From Actinomycetota bacterium (GTDB lineage: Bacteria; Actinomycetota; UBA4738; JACQTL01), in NCBI GenBank assembly GCA_046263085.1, contig JBHELK010000057.1, positions 30,317-94,316 of the forward strand: a DNA stretch of 64,000 nt, given 5' to 3'. Below, piece after piece: positions 17,808 through 28,457 of this stretch. The first letter of the stretch is position 1. Every line of letters starts with the position of its first letter. The translations under genes and the position numbers were made by a program. A model generated the notes under the pieces. It saw nothing but the letters and a program-made list of their open reading frames with translations. It did no database searches and was not told the origin of the DNA.

Positions 17808-18103
17808 AGGACGGCGAGGACCTTCCGCTCATCGAGCGGGAAACGCTGACCGAGGTCCTGGAGTTCCTGGCGAAGGGACTCGTCGACAACCCCGATGCCG
17901 TCAGGGTCCGCTCCGTGGACCGGGAGGGCGGCATCACCCTGCAGCTGTCGGTGGATCAGCCGGACATGGGCAAGGTGATCGGCCGCGCGGGCCGCACGGC
18001 GAAGGCCCTCCGGACCCTGATGCGGGCGGCGGGCGTCCGCGCCGGCGTCAGCACCCACGTCGAGATCGTCGAACAGGACGCGTCGGGGGGTCCGGGGGGA
18101 TAG
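17651..18103 (+). CDS. KH-domain RNA-binding protein (YlqC/UPF0109 type); start uncertain
   Basis: ORF 17651..18103. KH core LQLSVDQPDMGKVIGRAGRTAKALRTL. The only canonical in-frame start is ATG 17651, which overlaps rpsP by 157 nt. Confidence 0.6.
   Translation: MGEVPEGEGPDDEREPVPDDDADGADDTDDADGGDDADGGDDADDDGDGGLVEDGEDLPLIERETLTEVLEFLAKGLVDNPDAVRVRSVDREGGITLQLSVDQPDMGKVIGRAGRTAKALRTLMRAAGVRAGVSTHVEIVEQDASGGPGG
17705..17800 (+). repeat. Imperfect 18-bp tandem repeat (GACGACGCCGACGGCGGA), about 5 units
   Basis: Two identical units at 17735-17752 and 17753-17770, with diverged copies on both sides. Encodes TTPTAE in the rpsP frame and DDADGG in the KH-gene frame. Confidence 0.7.
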
Positions 18104-18125
18104 CTCGCCCCAAGGAGCACCTTCG

Positions 18126-18656
18126 ATGAGCAGCACAGCGAGCGGACCCCCCGATCGAGAACGCTCCATCGCAGTCGGGCGCATCACCCACGCCCACGGG
18201 GTCCGGGGTGAGGTGTCCGTTCTGGTCCTGACCGAGGTCGAGGAACGGTTCGCCACCGGCTCGGTCCTGCACCTGGCCGGCGGTCGTGCGCTCACGGTGA
18301 CGAGCAGCCGTCACCACCACGGCAAGCTTCTCGTCTCTTTCGAAGAGCTCGACGACCGCACCGCAGCGGAGCCTCTGCGGGGCGAGTATCTGTTCGTCGA
18401 CCCGTCCCAGGTGCCGTCCCCACCCAAGGACGCCTTCTGGCCGCATCAGCTCGAAGGGTGCGAGATCGTGACCGAGGGCGGCCGCTCGCTTGGACGGGTG
18501 GAGGAGATCGTGAGCTCGCCGGCGAACGACATCTGGATCGCGCGCGACGGCGAGCGCGAGATTCTCATCCCGGCGCTCCGTGATGTCGTGCTCTCCGTTG
18601 ACATCGCGACCAAGCGGATCGTCGTCAAGGACATTCCCGGACTCACCACCGGATGA
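18126..18656 (+). CDS. rimM: 16S rRNA processing protein RimM
   Basis: ORF 18126..18656. GRITHAHGVRGEV, PRC-barrel C-terminus, conserved rpsP-KH-rimM-trmD order. Confidence 0.85.
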   Translation: MSSTASGPPDRERSIAVGRITHAHGVRGEVSVLVLTEVEERFATGSVLHLAGGRALTVTSSRHHHGKLLVSFEELDDRTAAEPLRGEYLFVDPSQVPSPPKDAFWPHQLEGCEIVTEGGRSLGRVEEIVSSPANDIWIARDGEREILIPALRDVVLSVDIATKRIVVKDIPGLTTG

Positions 18657-19417
18657 GCGAGCTGCCGCGTCCTGCGGCGGCGTCCGCTCCTCGAGGATCG
18701 ATCCGTCGGGCCGACGGAGGCGTCGGACTTCGCGCTACCGTTCCCGGCGTGCGCGTCGACATCCTCACGATCTTCCCGGATATCTTCGACAGCCCGCTTC
18801 GCGAGTCGCTCCTCGGGAAGGCCATCGAGAACGGCGTGCTCGACGTCCGGATCCACGACATCCGCGACCACACGACCGACAAACACCGTCAGGTCGACGA
18901 CGAGCCCTACGGCGGCGGACCCGGCATGGTGATGAAGCCGGAGCCGATCTTCGCCGCGGTCGAGGCCCTCGGCGCAGTCAGCAAGCGCTGCATCCTGCTC
19001 TCACCGGCCGGCCGCCGGCTGGACGAGGCGCTGTGCCGCGAGCTCGCGACTGAACCGCACCTCGTCCTCGTCTGCGGCCGCTACGAGGGGGTGGACGAGC
19101 GCGTGACGACCGGGCTCCCCGCGGAGGAGATCTCGATCGGGGACTACGTGCTCTCGGGCGGCGAGCTCCCCGCCCTGGTCCTACTTGAAGCCGTATCGAG
19201 GCTCGTGCCGGGTGTTGTCGGCAGCGAGGCGTCCCTGCAGGTAGAGAGCTTCGAGGACGGTCTGCTGGACCATCCCCACTACACGCGACCACGCGAGTTC
19301 CATGGCCTGGCGGTACCCGAGGCGCTGCTCTCGGGCGACCACGCCGCCATCGAGCGCTGGCGGCGCCAGGCCGCCATGGACAAGACGCGCCGGAACCGCC
19401 CCGACTTGCTCACCTGA
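18653..19417 (+). CDS. trmD: tRNA (guanine37-N1)-methyltransferase TrmD (alternative start GTG 18749)
   Basis: ORF 18653..19417. ATGA overlap with the rimM stop. VDILTIFPDIF, DDEPYGGGPGMVM, GRYEGVDERV, IGDYVLSGGELPA. Confidence 0.85.
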   Translation: MSELPRPAAASAPRGSIRRADGGVGLRATVPGVRVDILTIFPDIFDSPLRESLLGKAIENGVLDVRIHDIRDHTTDKHRQVDDEPYGGGPGMVMKPEPIFAAVEALGAVSKRCILLSPAGRRLDEALCRELATEPHLVLVCGRYEGVDERVTTGLPAEEISIGDYVLSGGELPALVLLEAVSRLVPGVVGSEASLQVESFEDGLLDHPHYTRPREFHGLAVPEALLSGDHAAIERWRRQAAMDKTRRNRPDLLT

Positions 19418-21043
19418 GGCGAGGGAGAGACCGGCCGCCCCGCCGCGAGAGGGCTTCGGGGGCACCGTGAACCAGTCGCAGCCCGGGGGGTTGGGATCCT
19501 GCTGGGTCCACGTGGCGCACGTCGTGATCTCGGCGATCGTGGGGCCCGGGTAATCGGTCGGCACGTCGTCACAGCTCGGCAGCGTGGCCGGCTCGCTGGT
19601 GATGCCCTTCGGGTCGACGTTGTCCTGCCAGCAGTTGCCCGAGCCCTCGATGTCCCACCAGAAGTCCTCGCCGTTCGGCAGGTAGCCGCCGCCCGGGACG
19701 ACGCCCATCCGGTTGAGCACGTACTTGTTCTCGTGCGAAGTGTCGTGCTGCTTCTCCGGCTCGTTCTCGCCGCGGAAGGTGGCCGGGACCCAGAACAGGT
19801 ACGTGCCGTAGCGCCAGTTGTCGTAGATCCAGTTGTCGCCCACGATGTTCTGGTTCCCGCCGGCGATCAGCAGCCCAACCCCGATGGGACCCGGAACGCT
19901 CGGGCACACCATCCGGATCCGCTCCCTGTGCCACGTGTGATAGGGCCACGTCGCGGGGTCCTTGTCGCACGCGCCGCTCGTCCAGTTCTTGTTGTTGTCG
20001 ACGTTGTTGCTGAAGATCCTGTTGTGCACGAACCGGGCTGAGTCCTCCGGCAGCCCGGGATGTCCGCCGTAGAAGCTGTCCGTGACGATGCCGGTCGTGT
20101 TGTAGGCGAAGACGTTGTCGTGGATGTACGTGGAGTTGCCGGCCGTCCCGGAGTACCCGAGCTCGTTGTGGTGCGAGAAGCAGTGGCGGATCTCCGTCGA
20201 GGGGCGCGCGCCGTGCAGGTCGGCCTGGCCGCCCGGGTACACGCCCGAGTCCCCGTTGCCGTACGCCTCGCAGTTCTCGATGAGCCCGTGATCGACGGAG
20301 AACGTCAGCACGCCGTACTCGTCGTTGTTGCGGAACACCATGTCGTCCATGTGGTAGCCGTCGGTCTCGATCACGTAGAGCGCGTTGAAGTGGGACCCCT
20401 GGACGGTGAAGTTGCGGAAGAAGGCACCGTCGGCCCGGTCGGCGCGGATCACGTTCAGCTCCTTGAACCGGGCGTCGATGACGACGTCCTCGGGCCGCCT
20501 GCCGGTACCCTCCATCTGCAGGTCGCACCACCTCGTGTTGCACGCGATGCCGTCGCCGTCCCCGGTGGCATCGCCGAACCAGGCGATCAGGTTCTGGGCG
20601 TGGGGACACTGCACCTGCTGCTCGTACGTCAGCAGGTCGTTGCCCGTGTCGCGGTCGAGGGCCCTGGTCCGGGCATCCGCGCAGGCCTTCGGAACGTCGT
20701 TCAAGCTCGGCGTCTCGAGGTACCGCCCGGGCATGATCTCGATCCTCGTCCCCCGGGCCTTCACTGCGTCCACCGCCGCCTGGACGTCGTGGAACCGGCA
20801 CTTCGCCAGCAGGGATTGGTTCCTGGCCCGCAGCGCCGGGGGGAAGTGGGCGATCCGTTCGGCGGTGTCGGGCTTGCACACCACCAGCTCGGGACCCGAG
20901 GCCCGGTAGGCCGGGACGTGGCCGGTGCCGTCGGGGAACATCGTCGGCCGCTCCTCGTGGGCCGAGGCCGCGGCCGGAGGCAGAGCGAGCAGCGCCGCGA
21001 GGGCGAGCGGCAGCACCTTCGGGACCCGGAGACGGCGGCGCAT
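19181..21043 (-). CDS. Secreted right-handed parallel beta-helix (PbH1/NosD-like) repeat protein
   Basis: ORF 19181..21043. Signal [28 protein letters not shown]. Beta-helix repeat pattern ([43 protein letters not shown]). The last ~79 codons run antisense to trmD. Confidence 0.7.
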   Translation of the reverse strand: MRRRLRVPKVLPLALAALLALPPAAASAHEERPTMFPDGTGHVPAYRASGPELVVCKPDTAERIAHFPPALRARNQSLLAKCRFHDVQAAVDAVKARGTRIEIMPGRYLETPSLNDVPKACADARTRALDRDTGNDLLTYEQQVQCPHAQNLIAWFGDATGDGDGIACNTRWCDLQMEGTGRRPEDVVIDARFKELNVIRADRADGAFFRNFTVQGSHFNALYVIETDGYHMDDMVFRNNDEYGVLTFSVDHGLIENCEAYGNGDSGVYPGGQADLHGARPSTEIRHCFSHHNELGYSGTAGNSTYIHDNVFAYNTTGIVTDSFYGGHPGLPEDSARFVHNRIFSNNVDNNKNWTSGACDKDPATWPYHTWHRERIRMVCPSVPGPIGVGLLIAGGNQNIVGDNWIYDNWRYGTYLFWVPATFRGENEPEKQHDTSHENKYVLNRMGVVPGGGYLPNGEDFWWDIEGSGNCWQDNVDPKGITSEPATLPSCDDVPTDYPGPTIAEITTCATWTQQDPNPPGCDWFTVPPKPSRGGAAGLSLASGEQVGAVPARLVHGGLAPPALDGGVVAREQRLGYRQAMELAWSRVVGMVQQTVLEALYLQGRLAADNTRHEPRYGFK

Positions 21044-21177
21044 CGGCCGTATCGTTACCCAATCGGGGTCGCCTTGCTCACCGGACGATGGTTCCCGGCG
21101 CCCGTTTCGGTCGGCCTCTCCCGCTCTCGGCTGGGCGCGGTGCTATCATCGGGTGCCCGTTCGGGAGCGCTTTCGCC

Positions 21178-21678
21178 ATGAACAAGATCGATCTCATCGA
21201 GAAACCACGTCTGCGCGACGACCTGCCTGCGTTCAGGCCGGGCGACAGCGTCAAGGTCCACGTGCGCGTCGTCGAAGCGGGTCGCGAGCGCATCCAGGTG
21301 TTCCAGGGGGTCGTCATCCGGCGGCAGGGGGGCGGGCTCCGCGAGACCTTCACGGCCCGCAAGATCTCCTTCGGCGTGGGGGTGGAGCGCACGTTCCCCC
21401 TCCACTCGCCCTCGGTGGCCCGCATAGAGATCGTCCAGCGAGGGCGGGTCCGGCGGGCCAAGCTCTACTACCTGCGCGAGCTCCGCGGGAAGCGTGCTCG
21501 CATCAAGGAGCGCCGCGTGGACGAGGTCCTTCCCGAGCAGGAACCCGTCACCACGGCCGAGCCCCAGTCGCTCGAGGCGAGCGGGGCCCCGGAGGCCGAC
21601 GGCGAGCCCGCCGGCGGGGACGAAGTCGCCGAGACGGTTCCGGAACCGGTGGCCGCGCCGGCCGACGGGCAGGGCTAG
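21178..21678 (+). CDS. rplS: 50S ribosomal protein L19 with an acidic C-terminal tail
   Basis: ATG 21178 in frame with ORF 21088..21678. [31 protein letters not shown]. Confidence 0.9.
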   Translation: MNKIDLIEKPRLRDDLPAFRPGDSVKVHVRVVEAGRERIQVFQGVVIRRQGGGLRETFTARKISFGVGVERTFPLHSPSVARIEIVQRGRVRRAKLYYLRELRGKRARIKERRVDEVLPEQEPVTTAEPQSLEASGAPEADGEPAGGDEVAETVPEPVAAPADGQG

Positions 21679-21680
21679 GG

Positions 21681-22487
21681 GTGTCGCTCGGTCCGCCACG
21701 CTCCCCGGAGCCGGCGGAGGAGGGGGACGCCACCACGGCCGGGTCCGGCCGTACAGCATCCCCGTCACCTCGCCCGGCCGATGAGGGCGTGACCCAGCGG
21801 ATCCCGGCCGTGTCGGACCCCTCGACCCAGGACCTCACCGGTATCGGCAGCTCACCGGCCGTCGCCACGGATCCCGAGCGGTCCACACATCGAAAGAAGA
21901 AGAAGAGCCGGCTCCGCTTCCTGCGCGAGCTGCCCGTCCTCATCCTCATCGCGTTCGTTCTCGCGCTGCTCATCAAGAGCTTCCTGGTCCAGGCGTTCTT
22001 CATCCCGTCGGAGTCGATGGACCCCACGCTGAAGGTGGGGGACCGGGTGCTCGTGGAGAAGGTCCTCAAGCATCCCCACCGGGGCTGGATCGTGGTCTTT
22101 CGCAACCCGCATCCCGAGCCCGAGCCGCACCGGGGCGCCGTCTCGGCGTTCGTGCACTGGCTGTCCGAGGGCTTCGGGATCTCGACGCCCCGCGACGAGG
22201 ACTTCATCAAGCGGGTGATCGCCCTGCCCGGCGAGACCATCGAGATGAAGCACGGCGTGGTGTACATCGACGGCGATCGCATCGACGAGCCGTACCTCAG
22301 CCCGGTGAAAGACACCCGGGACTTCCCCGCGACCAAGGTGCCGCGCGGCGACGTGTTCGTGATGGGGGACAACAGGACGAACTCGAACGACTCGAGGTTC
22401 GGGCTTGGCCCCATCCCCATCGACGACATCGTCGGCCGGGCGTTCGTCATCATCTGGCCACCGTCGCGGGTCCGGTGGCTGGGCTAA
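21681..22487 (+). CDS. lepB: Signal peptidase I
   Basis: GTG 21681 in frame with ORF 20925..22487. IPSESMDPTL (Ser box), FIKRVIALPGE (Lys box), GDNRTNSNDSR. Confidence 0.85.
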   Translation: MSLGPPRSPEPAEEGDATTAGSGRTASPSPRPADEGVTQRIPAVSDPSTQDLTGIGSSPAVATDPERSTHRKKKKSRLRFLRELPVLILIAFVLALLIKSFLVQAFFIPSESMDPTLKVGDRVLVEKVLKHPHRGWIVVFRNPHPEPEPHRGAVSAFVHWLSEGFGISTPRDEDFIKRVIALPGETIEMKHGVVYIDGDRIDEPYLSPVKDTRDFPATKVPRGDVFVMGDNRTNSNDSRFGLGPIPIDDIVGRAFVIIWPPSRVRWLG

Positions 22488-23164
22488 CCCCGCGGCCCGG
22501 GGGCGGCAGGCACGTCCTCGATCTGGCGCGCTACGAACGGCGTCTTCGGGAGCACGGGTTCGGGCTCATCGCCGGCGCCGACGAGGCAGGACGAGGTGCG
22601 CTGGCGGGGCCGTTGGTGGCAGCGGCCGTGATCCTTCCCCCCGACTTCGATCTCGACGGTATCAACGACTCGAAGTTGTTGACCGCGCTGCAGCGTGAAC
22701 GCTCGTTCGAGCGCATCATGCAGGCCGCCGTCGCCGTCTCGGTGTGCAGGGCGATGCCCGCGCGCATCGACCACCGCGGCCTCCATGTGTCGAACAAGTT
22801 CCTGCTGCGCAGGGCGCTGCGATCGCTGCCCGTGGCGCCGGAGTACGTGCTCACCGACGGATGGCCGATCGGACGGATCCCGTTCCCGCACCTGGCGGTG
22901 AAGAAGGGCGACGCGGTGTGCGCATCGGTCGCCGCCGCGTCGATCGTCGCCAAGGTCACGCGCGACCGGACCATGGATCGCTACCACCGCCGCTTCCCGG
23001 TGTACGGCTTCGACACGAATCGCGGCTACGGAACGCGCAAACACTGGGACGCGCTCGAGGAGCACGGCCCGAGCCCCATCCATCGCCGTTCCTTCAAGGG
23101 CGTGGCCATGACCGGAACGGGCGTTTCGCGCTCCCGGGTCGAGGAGGCCGTCCAGACGCCATAA
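22475..23164 (+). CDS. rnhB: Ribonuclease HII
   Basis: ORF 22475..23164. GADEAGRGALAGPLV, DSKLLT, ASIVAKVTRD. Confidence 0.9.
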   Translation: MAGLTPRPGGGRHVLDLARYERRLREHGFGLIAGADEAGRGALAGPLVAAAVILPPDFDLDGINDSKLLTALQRERSFERIMQAAVAVSVCRAMPARIDHRGLHVSNKFLLRRALRSLPVAPEYVLTDGWPIGRIPFPHLAVKKGDAVCASVAAASIVAKVTRDRTMDRYHRRFPVYGFDTNRGYGTRKHWDALEEHGPSPIHRRSFKGVAMTGTGVSRSRVEEAVQTP

Positions 23165-23187
23165 TGGCCGCCCGACTGGGGGCCCAT

Positions 23188-23502
23188 ATGAGCGACGAGG
23201 ACATCGAGCGGTACGAGACCGACGCGGAGCTGGCTCTGTTCCGGGAGTACCGGGACGTGCTCCCGATGTTCGCCTACGCGGTCGAGACCGAACGCCGCTT
23301 CTACCTGGCCAATCAGGTCGACGTGGCCACCATGGGCGAGGACGATTCCTGGCTCGAGGTCCTGCTGACCGACGTGTGGGTCTGGGACATGTACCGCCCC
23401 GCCAGGTTCGTACCCAAGGTCCGCGTCGTCACCACGCACGACGTGAACATCGAGGAGCTCCGGGGCCGCGACGAGGGCCTCGCCCCGCACGCCGCCCCGT
23501 AG
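23188..23502 (+). CDS. DUF2469-family protein (actinobacterial rnhB neighbour)
   Basis: ATG 23188 in frame with ORF 22744..23502. SDEDIERYETDAELALFREYRDV...VWVWDMYRP, as I recall for DUF2469; conserved position after rnhB. Confidence 0.75.
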   Translation: MSDEDIERYETDAELALFREYRDVLPMFAYAVETERRFYLANQVDVATMGEDDSWLEVLLTDVWVWDMYRPARFVPKVRVVTTHDVNIEELRGRDEGLAPHAAP

Positions 23503-23576
23503 GGCGCCTTCGGGCAGCGGCGCCCCCGCTTCCCGGCGAAACAAATCTGTCGTACCCCCTGGCTAGCGTCTGCGGC

Positions 23577-23963
23577 ATGGAAACCGCAGCGATCCACGAC
23601 ATGGCCCCACCGGGCCTTCGATCCATCGGCGGCGTCGGCGAGGACGCCGCGGTTCGTTCCTACCTCGACAGAGGCTTCCGCCTGCTCGCCAGGAACTGGC
23701 GATGTCCGCTGGGCGAGATCGACGTCGTCCTCGCTCGCGGAGGGCTCATCGTCTTCTGCGAGGTCAAGACGAGATCGGGCTCCGCGTTCGGGGGCGGTTT
23801 CGAGGCCGTCGGTCCCCGCAAGCAGCGGAAGCTCCGGCAGCTCGCCGAGGTGTACCTCCTGACCACCGGGACGCGCCCGGCCAGGACGCGGTTCGACGTT
23901 GCGAGCGTGCACGTCGCATCCGGCAGGAGCGCATCCGTCGAGGTGTTCGAGGACGCCTTTTAA
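23577..23963 (+). CDS. YraN-family (UPF0102) endonuclease-like protein
   Basis: ATG 23577 in frame with ORF 23376..23963. GEDAAVRSYLDRGFRLLARNWRCPLGEIDVV...FCEVKTR. Confidence 0.8.
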   Translation: METAAIHDMAPPGLRSIGGVGEDAAVRSYLDRGFRLLARNWRCPLGEIDVVLARGGLIVFCEVKTRSGSAFGGGFEAVGPRKQRKLRQLAEVYLLTTGTRPARTRFDVASVHVASGRSASVEVFEDAF

Positions 23964-23978
23964 CGGTCGCGGCGCGAC

Positions 23979-25526
23979 GTGTACGGGCGAGTGATCGGCG
24001 TCGCGGTGATCGGGGTGCAGGGGCGCCTCGTCGTCGTCGAGGCCCACGTCGGACGTGGGCTGCCCGCCTTGTGCATGACAGGACTGCCGGGCGCATCGGT
24101 GCAGGACGCCAGGGAGCGCGTCCGCCCGGCCGTCGAGAGCTCCGGGCTCGAGTGGCCGCTCCGTCGAGTGGTGGTCAACCTGTCGCCGGTCAACCTCCGC
24201 AAGGATGGACCAGGTCTCGACCTCCCGATCGCGATGGGGGTGCTCGCGGCGACGGCCCAGGTGCCCCCGGAACGACTGGCGAGGGTGGCGTTCGCGGGAG
24301 AGCTCTCGCTCCGGGGAGCACTGATGCCCACTCCCGGCATCCTGTCGGTCGCCATCGCCGCCTCCCGGGCCGGGCTGGAGGCGGTCGTGGTGCCCGAGGC
24401 GAACGGCCCTGAGGCGTCCCTGGTGGAGGGCCTGCGGGTCGTGGGAGCCCCCTCGCTGGCCAAGGTGGTCGAGTATCTTCGCGGCGCGTGGACCCCGCCT
24501 CCGGCGGAGCCCGCGCGGGCCGATCGCGCCCCCGCGACCTCGGCGAGGGTGGACTTCGCCGAGGTCCGGGGGCAGGCCCAGGCTCGCCGAGCCCTCGAGG
24601 TTGCCGCTGCCGGCGGGCACAACGTCCTCCTGATCGGCTCACCCGGAGCGGGGAAGACCATGCTCGCTCGGCGGCTGGCCACGATCCTTCCCGCCCTCTC
24701 ACGGGAGGAGTCGCTCGAGGTGACCCGCCTGCACTCGGTGGCCGGACTGCTCGTCGGCACCGGTCTCGTCGCCACCCGGCCGTTCCGTGCGCCGCACCAT
24801 TCCGTGTCGCTCGCCGGCCTGCTGGGGGGTGGGAGCGGGTTCCTGCGCCCGGGCGAGGTCTCACTGGCCCACAACGGGGTGCTGTTCCTGGACGAGGTCA
24901 CCGAGTTCCGGCGCGACGCCGTCGAGGGCCTGCGCCAACCCCTGGAGGACGGCCGTGTCGTGGTCACGCGTGCCGTGGGCTCCGTGGAGTTCCCCGCCCG
25001 CTTCACGCTCGTCGCCGCCGGCAACCCGTGCCCGTGCGGCTACGACGGCGACCCGCTCCGCCCGTGCCGCTGCGTCCCCCATCGCGTCCAGCAGTACCGC
25101 CAGCGCCTCTCCGGGCCGCTTCTCGATCGCATCGATCTGCGGTTGGCCATCCCGCGCCTGTCGAAGAAGGAGCTGCTGGGTGAGGAGCCGGGGGAGAGCT
25201 CGGCCAAGATCCGCGACCGTGTGCAGGAGGCGCGCGACCGCCAGCGGCGGCGGTACCGCGATCTCGGGATCGAGAGCAACGCCCAGCTCCCCGGTCCGCT
25301 CGCCCGAAGACATGCCCACCTCACCGACGACGCCGGTTCGCTCCTCGAGCGCGCTGTGGAGCGGCTCGAGCTCACGGGCCGCGGGTTCGACCGAGCCCTG
25401 AAGGTGGCCCGCACCGTCGCCGATCTGGCCGGCGCCGAGCGGGTCGAGGCCACGCACCTCGCCGAGTCGCTGTCGTACCGCACCTCGATCGAGGACTCGC
25501 AGACGTCCCATGCCGCCCTGGCCTGA
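23979..25526 (+). CDS. comM: Mg-chelatase-like ATPase YifB/ComM
   Basis: ORF 23979..25526. Lon-protease-like N-domain, Walker A IGSPGAGKTMLARRL, LFLDEVTEF, Cys cluster NPCPCGY...CRC. Confidence 0.9.
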   Translation: MYGRVIGVAVIGVQGRLVVVEAHVGRGLPALCMTGLPGASVQDARERVRPAVESSGLEWPLRRVVVNLSPVNLRKDGPGLDLPIAMGVLAATAQVPPERLARVAFAGELSLRGALMPTPGILSVAIAASRAGLEAVVVPEANGPEASLVEGLRVVGAPSLAKVVEYLRGAWTPPPAEPARADRAPATSARVDFAEVRGQAQARRALEVAAAGGHNVLLIGSPGAGKTMLARRLATILPALSREESLEVTRLHSVAGLLVGTGLVATRPFRAPHHSVSLAGLLGGGSGFLRPGEVSLAHNGVLFLDEVTEFRRDAVEGLRQPLEDGRVVVTRAVGSVEFPARFTLVAAGNPCPCGYDGDPLRPCRCVPHRVQQYRQRLSGPLLDRIDLRLAIPRLSKKELLGEEPGESSAKIRDRVQEARDRQRRRYRDLGIESNAQLPGPLARRHAHLTDDAGSLLERAVERLELTGRGFDRALKVARTVADLAGAERVEATHLAESLSYRTSIEDSQTSHAALA

Positions 25527-26607
25527 GCGATTCGCCTCGACCCCCGCCGACCGGCGCGCGCTGCTCGCACTCTCGGCGCTCCGAAGCACACCGGCCCGGC
25601 GGCTCCAGGAGCTGGCGCTCGAGCATCGGACCGCGGCCCGCTGCCTTCGAGCCGTCACGCACGAACGAGCGATTCCCGGGGCGGAGGCGGGCCGCGCGCG
25701 CGAGGCCGATGTGGACGCCATCGTCGCGGCCGTGCGTGCGTGCGGGGCGAGGATGATCGTCCCCAGTGACCCCGAGTACCCGCCCTCGCTCGAGGATCTC
25801 GCCGATCCACCGGCCTGGTTGTTCGTCCGCGGACGGAAGCTCCACGAGTTGTACCCCCGGGTCGCGATGGTCGGAGCGCGCAACTGCTCCGAGACCGGCC
25901 GCGACATCGCGAACGAGATGGGCCGTGGTCTCGCGCAGGCGGGGATCTGCGTGGTGAGCGGCGGAGCGCTGGGCATCGACAGCGCCTCGCACGTGGGAGC
26001 CCTCGCCGCCGGTGGGCCCACCATCGCCGTCCTCGGCTGTGGCATCGACCGCACGTATCCGGCGAGCAACCGCAAGCTGATGGCTCGCATCGAAGAGGCG
26101 GGCGCCGTGGTGAGCGAGTACCCACCGGGCGTGTCACCCGATGCGTTCCGGTTCCCGGCCCGCAACCGCATCGTGGCGGCGCTGGCCGAGGCGGTGGTCG
26201 TGGTGGAGGGGGCGACCGGGAGCGGTTCGCTCATCACCGCGGATCACGCGCTCGATCTGGGTCGACCCATCTCCGCGATCCCCGGAGCGGTCACGAACCC
26301 ACTCGCGGCTGTCCCTCTGGCCCTCATCCGGGACGGCGCCACACTCGTTCGCGGCTCGGAGGACCTCCTCTCCGATCTCGGACGCATCGACGCGCGACCC
26401 GACGCGGACCGCGTCGCGGCCGGGCTGTCCGTCGCCCACCAGACGGTCCTGGCCAGGCTCACCGGGCCAACGCTCGCGGAGCACGTCGCGAGGGATCTGC
26501 AGTGGGACCTCTCCGATGTCGTGGCCGCTCTGGTCGACCTCGAGATCCGCGGGCTCGTCAGGAGCATCGGCGGGCGGTTCGAGCCGCGGCTTGGCGCCAG
26601 CCGATGA
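25510..26607 (+). CDS. dprA: DNA-processing protein DprA
   Basis: ORF 25510..26607. MVGARNCS, SGGALGIDSASH, FPARNRIVAAL. Confidence 0.9.
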   Translation: MPPWPERFASTPADRRALLALSALRSTPARRLQELALEHRTAARCLRAVTHERAIPGAEAGRAREADVDAIVAAVRACGARMIVPSDPEYPPSLEDLADPPAWLFVRGRKLHELYPRVAMVGARNCSETGRDIANEMGRGLAQAGICVVSGGALGIDSASHVGALAAGGPTIAVLGCGIDRTYPASNRKLMARIEEAGAVVSEYPPGVSPDAFRFPARNRIVAALAEAVVVVEGATGSGSLITADHALDLGRPISAIPGAVTNPLAAVPLALIRDGATLVRGSEDLLSDLGRIDARPDADRVAAGLSVAHQTVLARLTGPTLAEHVARDLQWDLSDVVAALVDLEIRGLVRSIGGRFEPRLGASR

Positions 26608-26694
26608 TCCGATCGATCCGCGCGCCACCGCGAGTGCATGAAACTCCCGAGATCGCGCATGGCGTGTGGTAGAAGGGTCGCCGGAGGAACACAA

Positions 26695-27645
26695 GTGCCC
26701 GAACCCGACCCACTTCCTCGCGTCGACGCGGAGCTCATCGCGCGGTTCGTCTCGCACCTCGAGCTCGAGCGCCGGCTGTCGCCCCACACGGTCTCCGCGT
26801 ACCGGCGCGACGTCGAAGCGCTGGCGCACTTCCAGGCCCGGTCGAGCTCGGCCCTCGTGAACGCGACGCATGCCACCCTGCGGCGCTTCGTCGCCCAGCA
26901 GGCGACGCGTGGCTATGCACGAGCGTCGGTGGCTCGGCGCGTGGCGGCCGTGCGCAGCTTCTACCGATGGGCGAAGGCGCGAGGAGTCGTCGACATCGAC
27001 CCCGCGTCCTCGCTCGGACGGCCGAAGGTCACGTCGCGGCTCCCGAGCGTCCTTCGCCCGGCGGACGCCGCCGCCCTGGCGGAGGCCCCGAGCGCCCGCC
27101 GTCCGGCCGGCAAGGGCGACCCGCTGCCCGAGCTCGAGATCGCGATCCGCCTGCGCGACCGGGCCATCTTCGAGCTCTTGTACGGGTCGGGGCTGCGGGT
27201 GGGAGAGATCTGTGCCCTCACCATCCAGCGGATCGACCTCGACCGGGGGCGGATCGTGGTCATGGGAAAGGGGTCCAAGGAACGCGATCTCCCCCTGTCC
27301 GATTTCGCCTCGTCGGCCCTCGAGGAGTACCTGGCGCTGGGGAGGCACGTGATGGCTGCCGATACCTCGAACATGCTCTTCTTCAACCGCCGCAGGAAGC
27401 CCATGACCACCAGGGACGTCAGGGGCATGGTGGAGGGATACCGCAGGGCAAAGCTGTCAGATCGGCACGTGACACCGCATACTCTCAGGCACTCATTCGC
27501 CACCCATCTGCTGGAAGGGGGAGCCGACATCCGAGCCGTCCAGGAGCTTCTCGGACACGCGAGCCTGGCCACGACCCAGCGCTATACCCACGTCTCGCGG
27601 GGGCGGCTGTTCGCGGCCTACCGCCAGAGCCATCCACGCGCATGA
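26695..27645 (+). CDS. xerC: Tyrosine recombinase XerC
   Basis: GTG 26695 (GGAGGAA SD) in frame with ORF 26638..27645. [11 protein letters not shown] core-binding domain; catalytic R...[12 protein letters not shown]...[15 protein letters not shown]. Confidence 0.85.
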   Translation: MPEPDPLPRVDAELIARFVSHLELERRLSPHTVSAYRRDVEALAHFQARSSSALVNATHATLRRFVAQQATRGYARASVARRVAAVRSFYRWAKARGVVDIDPASSLGRPKVTSRLPSVLRPADAAALAEAPSARRPAGKGDPLPELEIAIRLRDRAIFELLYGSGLRVGEICALTIQRIDLDRGRIVVMGKGSKERDLPLSDFASSALEEYLALGRHVMAADTSNMLFFNRRRKPMTTRDVRGMVEGYRRAKLSDRHVTPHTLRHSFATHLLEGGADIRAVQELLGHASLATTQRYTHVSRGRLFAAYRQSHPRA

Positions 27646-28436
27646 GCGCCGCACCGAAGCGAACCGCCGAAGAGACCACCGAGCTCGACGAGCTGTGGCA
27701 GGGGTTCAAGGCGAGTGGGTCACAGGCCGCGCGGGAGCGGCTCATCCTCCACTACGCCCCGCTCGTCAAGTACGTCGCGAGCCGTGTGGCGACCGGGCTC
27801 CCGGCCACCGTCGAGCAGGCCGATCTCACGTCCTACGGCATGTTCGGCCTCATCGACGCCCTCGAGAAGTTCGATCTCGAACGGGCCATCAAGTTCGAGA
27901 CCTACGCCATCCCCAGGATCAAGGGCGCCATCATCGACGAGCTCCGGGCCATGGACTGGGTCCCTCGATCCGTGCGGTTCAAGGCTCGGGGGATCGAGAA
28001 GGCCTACGCGCAGCTCGAGGGCAAGCTGAAGCGCGCGCCGACCGAGGCCGAGGTCTCCGACCAGATGGGGATCTCGCTTGGCGAGCTGCACGACGTCGTG
28101 AGCCAGATCTCGTTCGTGTCGGTCATGGCGCTCGACGAGGTGCTCTCCGTCGGCGACGATCGTGGCGAGAAGATCTCCCTCCTCGACACCCTCGCCGATC
28201 CTTCGCTCGATCCCACCACGAGCCTCGAGGGCCAGGAGACACGCGGCATGCTGACCGGCGCCATCAACGGCCTGTCCGAACGCGAGAAGATCGTGGTGAC
28301 GCTGTACTACTTCGAGGGCCTCACGTTGGCGGAGATCGGGGAGATCCTCGGGGTGACGGAGTCCCGGGTGTGTCAGATCCACACGAAGGCCGTCGGGCTC
28401 CTTCGCACCAACCTCAAGGACACGCCCGACATCTGA
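27642..28436 (+). CDS. whiG: FliA/WhiG-family (sigma-28 type) RNA polymerase sigma factor
   Basis: ATG 27642 overlaps the xerC stop (frame of ORF 26967..28436). [34 protein letters not shown], region 4 [24 protein letters not shown]. Confidence 0.8.
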   Translation: MSAAPKRTAEETTELDELWQGFKASGSQAARERLILHYAPLVKYVASRVATGLPATVEQADLTSYGMFGLIDALEKFDLERAIKFETYAIPRIKGAIIDELRAMDWVPRSVRFKARGIEKAYAQLEGKLKRAPTEAEVSDQMGISLGELHDVVSQISFVSVMALDEVLSVGDDRGEKISLLDTLADPSLDPTTSLEGQETRGMLTGAINGLSEREKIVVTLYYFEGLTLAEIGEILGVTESRVCQIHTKAVGLLRTNLKDTPDI

Positions 28437-28457
28437 CCGGCCAGCCGTCGGGCAGAG

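Noticed and set aside
20925-21680. Long N-terminal extension of the lepB ORF (ORF 20925..22487)
   Set aside because: It overlaps the beta-helix gene start and the whole of rplS out of frame. GTG 21681, directly after the rplS stop, gives a normal signal peptidase with an N-terminal TM anchor.
26695-27645. Tyrosine recombinase as a marker of a phage or integrative element
   Set aside because: It sits in the conserved dprA-xerC housekeeping position, overlaps the sigma factor gene start, and no att-like repeats, tRNA or phage genes flank it. It was called chromosomal XerC.
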